DNA of 32,000 nucleotides from Synechocystis sp. PCC 6803 substr. PCC-P. Its GTDB lineage: Bacteria > Cyanobacteriota > Cyanobacteriia > Cyanobacteriales > Microcystaceae. The DNA lies in NCBI RefSeq assembly GCF_000284455.1, contig NC_017039.1:2970001-3002000 (forward strand), read 5' to 3'. Shown piece after piece: positions 28,611 through 32,000 of the stretch; position 1 is the stretch's first letter; each line of letters starts with the position of its first letter. The translations under genes and the position numbers were made by a program. The notes beneath the pieces are model-generated. The model was not told where the DNA came from. It did no database searches and saw only the letters and a program-made list of their open reading frames with translations.

Positions 28611-29570
28611 TTGATGGGGAACAATTTTGCCCAACTGAAGCGGTTGATTAACTTTTTTCGGACTGTGATTTTACCAGCCCGCATCAGTCAGTTGATATTA
28701 CAGACCTTTCTGAAATGGCAAAAAGATAACTGCATGGATATGGGGGCCGCCCTAGCGTACTATGCCCTCTTTTCCCTGTTTCCCATCTGTTTAGTAATGC
28801 TTAGCATTGCTGGTAGATTATTAGGGGCAGATTCAAATTATTATCTACAGCTCATTAGCTTTGCCCAAAATATTTTACCGGAACAACCCTTTAAGGTTTT
28901 TCAGCAAGCTTTGACTAATCTTAACCAAAGTAGCTTTAGTGCTGGACTCATTGGTTTTGGTATTTTGGTTCTCACTGCTAGTCGTATTTTTGATGCTTTG
29001 AATCAAAGTGTAAAGAAAATCTGGTCGGTGGTTCATCAGCCCAAGGAAAATATTGGAGTTAAGCACCACGCCTTCAATTTTATCAGGAATAAAATCCTCG
29101 CTTTTTTGCTGGTTTTAAGTACAGTGATGGTATTTTTGCTATCCATATTTGCCAATTTAGCCGCTAAAATTTTCCTCACCGTACTGGCGGAATTTGGACA
29201 GTCCATTCCTTGGGTTACCTTTGACAGTTTAGGATTAATTACCACTCTACAAACTAGTATTTCTTACTTTCTCATTACCGTAGTTATTATCACTCTATTC
29301 AAAGTTTTGCCTCCCGTCCGTCTGCAATGGTGGGATATTTTTCCCGGCGCAATTTTAACTGCGGCCACCATGATGGCCTTACAAAATGCAGTTGGCAGTG
29401 GCATTATTCGCATTGGTGAAAACTTACAAGCTTACGGTGTGGTGGGCAATGTAATGGTATTGTTATTGTGGATTTATTTGATTTTTCAGGTGTTTTTTAT
29501 TGGTTGCGAGTTTACCTTTGTATTTACCTATATTTTTGGTAGTCGTCACCAGAAAGAAAAACCATTTTAG
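28611..29570 (+). CDS. YihY/BrkB-family inner membrane protein (319 aa; the ATG at 28614 is the probable start)
   Basis: The GAALAYYALFSLFPICLVML motif and about six hydrophobic helices are typical of the YihY/virulence factor BrkB family. The gene is AT-rich and I saw no HIP1 site in it. Confidence 0.85.
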   Translation: MMGNNFAQLKRLINFFRTVILPARISQLILQTFLKWQKDNCMDMGAALAYYALFSLFPICLVMLSIAGRLLGADSNYYLQLISFAQNILPEQPFKVFQQALTNLNQSSFSAGLIGFGILVLTASRIFDALNQSVKKIWSVVHQPKENIGVKHHAFNFIRNKILAFLLVLSTVMVFLLSIFANLAAKIFLTVLAEFGQSIPWVTFDSLGLITTLQTSISYFLITVVIITLFKVLPPVRLQWWDIFPGAILTAATMMALQNAVGSGIIRIGENLQAYGVVGNVMVLLLWIYLIFQVFFIGCEFTFVFTYIFGSRHQKEKPF

Positions 29571-29586
29571 GGTTGTGTTTTAAAAG

Positions 29587-29620
29587 CCCCCTATCCCCCC
29601 AAAGTTGGGGGGGATTTAGG
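29587..29620 (+). terminator. Candidate intrinsic terminator downstream of the YihY-family gene
   Basis: CCCCC-TAT-CCCCCC-AAAGTT-GGGGGGG-ATTTAGG begins 17 nt after the stop codon. It has a 6-bp G:C stem. The following T tract is weak. Confidence 0.4.
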
Positions 29621-29863
29621 TAAAAGCCCTCCAGCATTGCCGAAGCTTTAGTGAGGAAATTTAGGGGGATAAATATCTAGAGTTGCACTTTCTAAACAGA
29701 TTCTTAGAGTTGTGTGAAGAGAACTTTCTATTCATGCTCCGATAATATCGCCGCCAAGGATTAAGCTAGGGGATGCTTCGGACACAATTTTATGGATAGT
29801 TGTAGAGTGTGCTGAAAATTTCCGCCATTATCGCTCGCAAATTTAAAACTTAATTTAAAACTT

Positions 29864-30625
29864 TTGGAGGACACTGATTTGGAAAATATTGCCATTGTTG
29901 TTGTGGAGCCCCAGGGGGAAAGAAATGTAGGGGCGATCGCCAGAGCGATGAAGAATATGGGGTTGGAAGAATTAATTTTGGTCAATCCCCGTTGTGATTA
30001 TCGGAGCGTTGAGGCCCAAACCATGGCAGTCCATGCCAAAGACGTCCTCGCCCAAGCGAAGGTAGTGGATGATTTGGCCACAGCCCTTGGCGATCGCCAG
30101 CGCATCATTGCCACCAGTGCTAGGGAGCGAATATTGCAATCCCCCATGGAAACCCCCCGCCAAGCATTGCCTTGGTTGTTGGCTCCAAACCTCAAAAGCG
30201 CCCTAGTATTTGGTCGGGAAGACAGTGGCCTAACCAATGAGGAACTCAACCAAGCCCACCGTTTTGTGCGGATCCCAGTCCATCCCCAATATCCCTCGTT
30301 GAACCTTTCCCAAGCAGTGATGGTCTGTACTTATGAATTGTACCAAGCTAGCCTAGCCATGGAGACAAATAACCAAGTCCCTGGCGATCGCCTGGAGGAT
30401 GGGTCAACCATGCCCTTGGCCACCAATGCTCAATTGGATAGTTACTGTCAGCACCTGGAGAAAACTTTGCTCAATATCGAAGTTTTATATCCCCATACTG
30501 CCCGTAGTAAAATGGCGAAATTTCGCAGAATTTATCAGCGAGCCGCCCTAAACAGCGAAGAAGTGGCCCTATTGCGGGGAATTTTGGGCCAAATTGATTG
30601 GTTAGCGCAACAAATTAAGCCTTAA
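29864..30625 (+). CDS. SpoU/TrmH-family RNA 2'-O-methyltransferase (TrmJ/LasT-like, 253 aa), non-ATG start
   Basis: The conserved N-terminal motif IAIVVVEPQGERNVGAIARAMKNMG lies upstream of the first ATG, so a TTG start (29864 or 29879) is required. The C-terminal knot region is FGREDSGLTNEEL...IPV...SLNLSQAV. Confidence 0.85.
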   Translation: MEDTDLENIAIVVVEPQGERNVGAIARAMKNMGLEELILVNPRCDYRSVEAQTMAVHAKDVLAQAKVVDDLATALGDRQRIIATSARERILQSPMETPRQALPWLLAPNLKSALVFGREDSGLTNEELNQAHRFVRIPVHPQYPSLNLSQAVMVCTYELYQASLAMETNNQVPGDRLEDGSTMPLATNAQLDSYCQHLEKTLLNIEVLYPHTARSKMAKFRRIYQRAALNSEEVALLRGILGQIDWLAQQIKP

Positions 30626-30793
30626 ATTAGTCATTCCGAGCAACCAAGGGGGGGATTGTGATGGCCTGGCCAATAAACTTTTGCCAAGTTCTTGTCCTGT
30701 ATGGGTGCTTCGTTTTAGAGTGTTGAACTAATGGAAAGGCCGCCCTCCCTAACGACCGATCCTCCTCTGGGTTAATGCCCCTCCAGCCTCACC

Positions 30794-32000
30794 ATGATTA
30801 CTTCCATGCCCCGCCGTCCTAAGTCTCGTCGCACCCAACGCCGTAATCTCCGGGTTATCTCCGGTACATCTACCCCCCCCACCGGCGTCACCATTGCTGA
30901 GGTTGGGGAACAGGCCGGTGCTTCCACAGAAATAAACCAAGAGCAGTCAAACCAAAAGCCAGGGGAAACCAAGGTCAACCCCCTGAAGGTTGTTAGCGCC
31001 ACCGGGGTTAAATCCGTAGCCAAGGGTAAAAATGTCGGCCTACGGCCCCGCAAACCCAGTAAACCCCTCAGTTGGTGGCAAAAGAGTGTGTTGACCTCTG
31101 TTCGCCTTGGCATTGTGGGTATTGGCATCGGGGCGATCGCCGGTACGGCCATTACCACCTTCAGTCCCACTAAATTTATCCGGGGAGACCAGAATGGTGC
31201 CCCCTTGGCCACTGCGAAAGAACCCCATCAAACCCAGCCGGACCAGCCAGCTATTTACCCCCAAAAGGTGTTAGCTTCCATTGCGGGTTGGGTCACCACT
31301 GAAACCGATAAATTGCGGGGAACACCGGCAACGGCCACACCAGAAGCGACAGAAAGTCAGGAAACGACCGTGGCCACTGCCCCCAGTGCTGTCTCTGACC
31401 AGGTTCAGCCTACCCAAGAGGATCAGGCCCTAACCCAAAAATTAACTACCCTGGGCACTTCCAAAGCTCCGGCCATTAATTCCTACTCCTATTTCATTGA
31501 TGTGGATAACGGCCAGTTCGCCAATGCCAAGGGAGAAACCCAACTCCCCGCCGCCAGCACCATTAAAATTCCCGTGGCGATCGCCTTTTTTGAAGCAGTG
31601 GACCAGGGCAAAATTCAACTCCACGAAGAACTGCCCCTAACGCAAGATGTGATTGTGGGGGAAGCGGGAACTATGCAATATGACGTGGGCAAACGCTCCA
31701 GCTATCCAGCCTTGGAGGTGGTGACCAAAATGATTGTGATCAGCGATAACACCGCCACCAATATGTTAATCAAACGGCTGGGGGGTAAGGAATTTCTCAA
31801 CCAACGCTTCCAGGCTTGGCAGATGCCCCAAACGAAAATTAATAATTACCTGCCGGATTTAGAAGGTACCAACACCACCAGTCCCCAGGATCTAGCTTTA
31901 TTGCTGGTCAAACTCCAGGGAGGGGAATTGTTATCCCTTAAATCCCGTGATCGCCTGTTGGGGATCATGCAACAGACCAAAACCCGCACCCTTTTACCCC
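30794..32000 (+). CDS. Class A beta-lactamase-like serine hydrolase with long N-terminal basic/TM extension (partial, runs off the window end)
   Basis: This ORF is not in the supplied track because it has no stop within the window. By hand translation it opens at the ATG at 30794, with an in-frame TAA at 30773-30775 upstream. It has a basic N-terminus (MPRRPKSRRTQRR), a TM helix (LGIVGIGIGAIAGTAITTF), an S-x-x-K motif AASTIK (Ser codon at 31556-31558) and an SDN motif (VISDNTATN). Confidence 0.75.
   Translation, partial: MITSMPRRPKSRRTQRRNLRVISGTSTPPTGVTIAEVGEQAGASTEINQEQSNQKPGETKVNPLKVVSATGVKSVAKGKNVGLRPRKPSKPLSWWQKSVLTSVRLGIVGIGIGAIAGTAITTFSPTKFIRGDQNGAPLATAKEPHQTQPDQPAIYPQKVLASIAGWVTTETDKLRGTPATATPEATESQETTVATAPSAVSDQVQPTQEDQALTQKLTTLGTSKAPAINSYSYFIDVDNGQFANAKGETQLPAASTIKIPVAIAFFEAVDQGKIQLHEELPLTQDVIVGEAGTMQYDVGKRSSYPALEVVTKMIVISDNTATNMLIKRLGGKEFLNQRFQAWQMPQTKINNYLPDLEGTNTTSPQDLALLLVKLQGGELLSLKSRDRLLGIMQQTKTRTLLP

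Noticed and set aside
28390-29860. The AT-rich, HIP1-free YihY/BrkB gene region, considered as a third horizontally acquired island.
   Set aside because: Integral membrane proteins of this family are commonly AT- and T-rich at the codon level. No mobility genes or repeat boundaries are visible, and comparable HIP1-free gaps occur over clearly native genes.
29761-29985. A 74-aa minus-strand ORF spanning the start of the SpoU methyltransferase gene.
   Set aside because: It overlaps the conserved N-terminal motif of the plus-strand methyltransferase and has no recognisable features of its own.
30772-31212. A 146-aa minus-strand ORF, together with 30749..30940 and 31040..31264.
   Set aside because: They lie antisense to the open-ended plus-strand ORF (30794 onward), which carries beta-lactamase-fold motifs. 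The plus-strand reading explains the region better.

Overview
The window looks like cyanobacterial chromosome, most like Synechocystis sp. PCC 6803. That call rests on about 30 copies of the HIP1 octamer GCGATCGC that I found by eye, and on recognisable rpaA, pcyA, thiC, rlmN, cobL and raf1 products; it is recollection, not a search result. Most of the window is ordinary housekeeping and signalling genes: a 7TM-HD hydrolase, a vWA protein, Raf1, an M20 amidohydrolase, CobL, RlmN, tRNA-Gly(GCC), an MscS-like channel, an NAD(P)/CIA30 fusion, an ABC1 kinase, a histidine-kinase-like protein, a PP2C/SpoIIE phosphatase, RpaA, PcyA, a TPP riboswitch with ThiC, a YihY/BrkB membrane protein, a SpoU methyltransferase and a partial class A beta-lactamase-like protein. 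Two regions are strongly AT-rich and look acquired.

- **Insert at 5991-8836 (about 2.8 kb):** it lies between raf1 and the amidohydrolase gene and is the best candidate for an undescribed system. It carries a translationally coupled gene pair. The first gene fuses a PD-(D/E)xK (HsdR-N-like) nuclease-fold domain to a ParA/MinD-type deviant Walker ATPase. The second encodes a degenerate ParB/Srx-like protein with a Rho_N/SAP-like tail. A small convergent ORF and an upstream cluster of AAACTTA half-sites complete the insert.
- **IS701-like insertion sequence at about 25425-26820:** its transposase is frameshifted, and it sits just upstream of the thiC riboswitch.

Other observations worth follow-up:
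- A second ParA gene is followed by a Q/E/K-rich coiled-coil protein ending in WFD, which makes it a type-2 McdA/McdB-like candidate.
- The histidine-kinase-like protein has Asp in place of the phospho-acceptor His and a degenerate G1 box. Its gene is 11 nt upstream of the ABC1 kinase gene.
- raf1 is co-oriented with the gene for a MIDAS-intact vWA protein.
- Similar C-run/G-run hairpins follow two different genes.

I found no CRISPR array and no rRNA gene.
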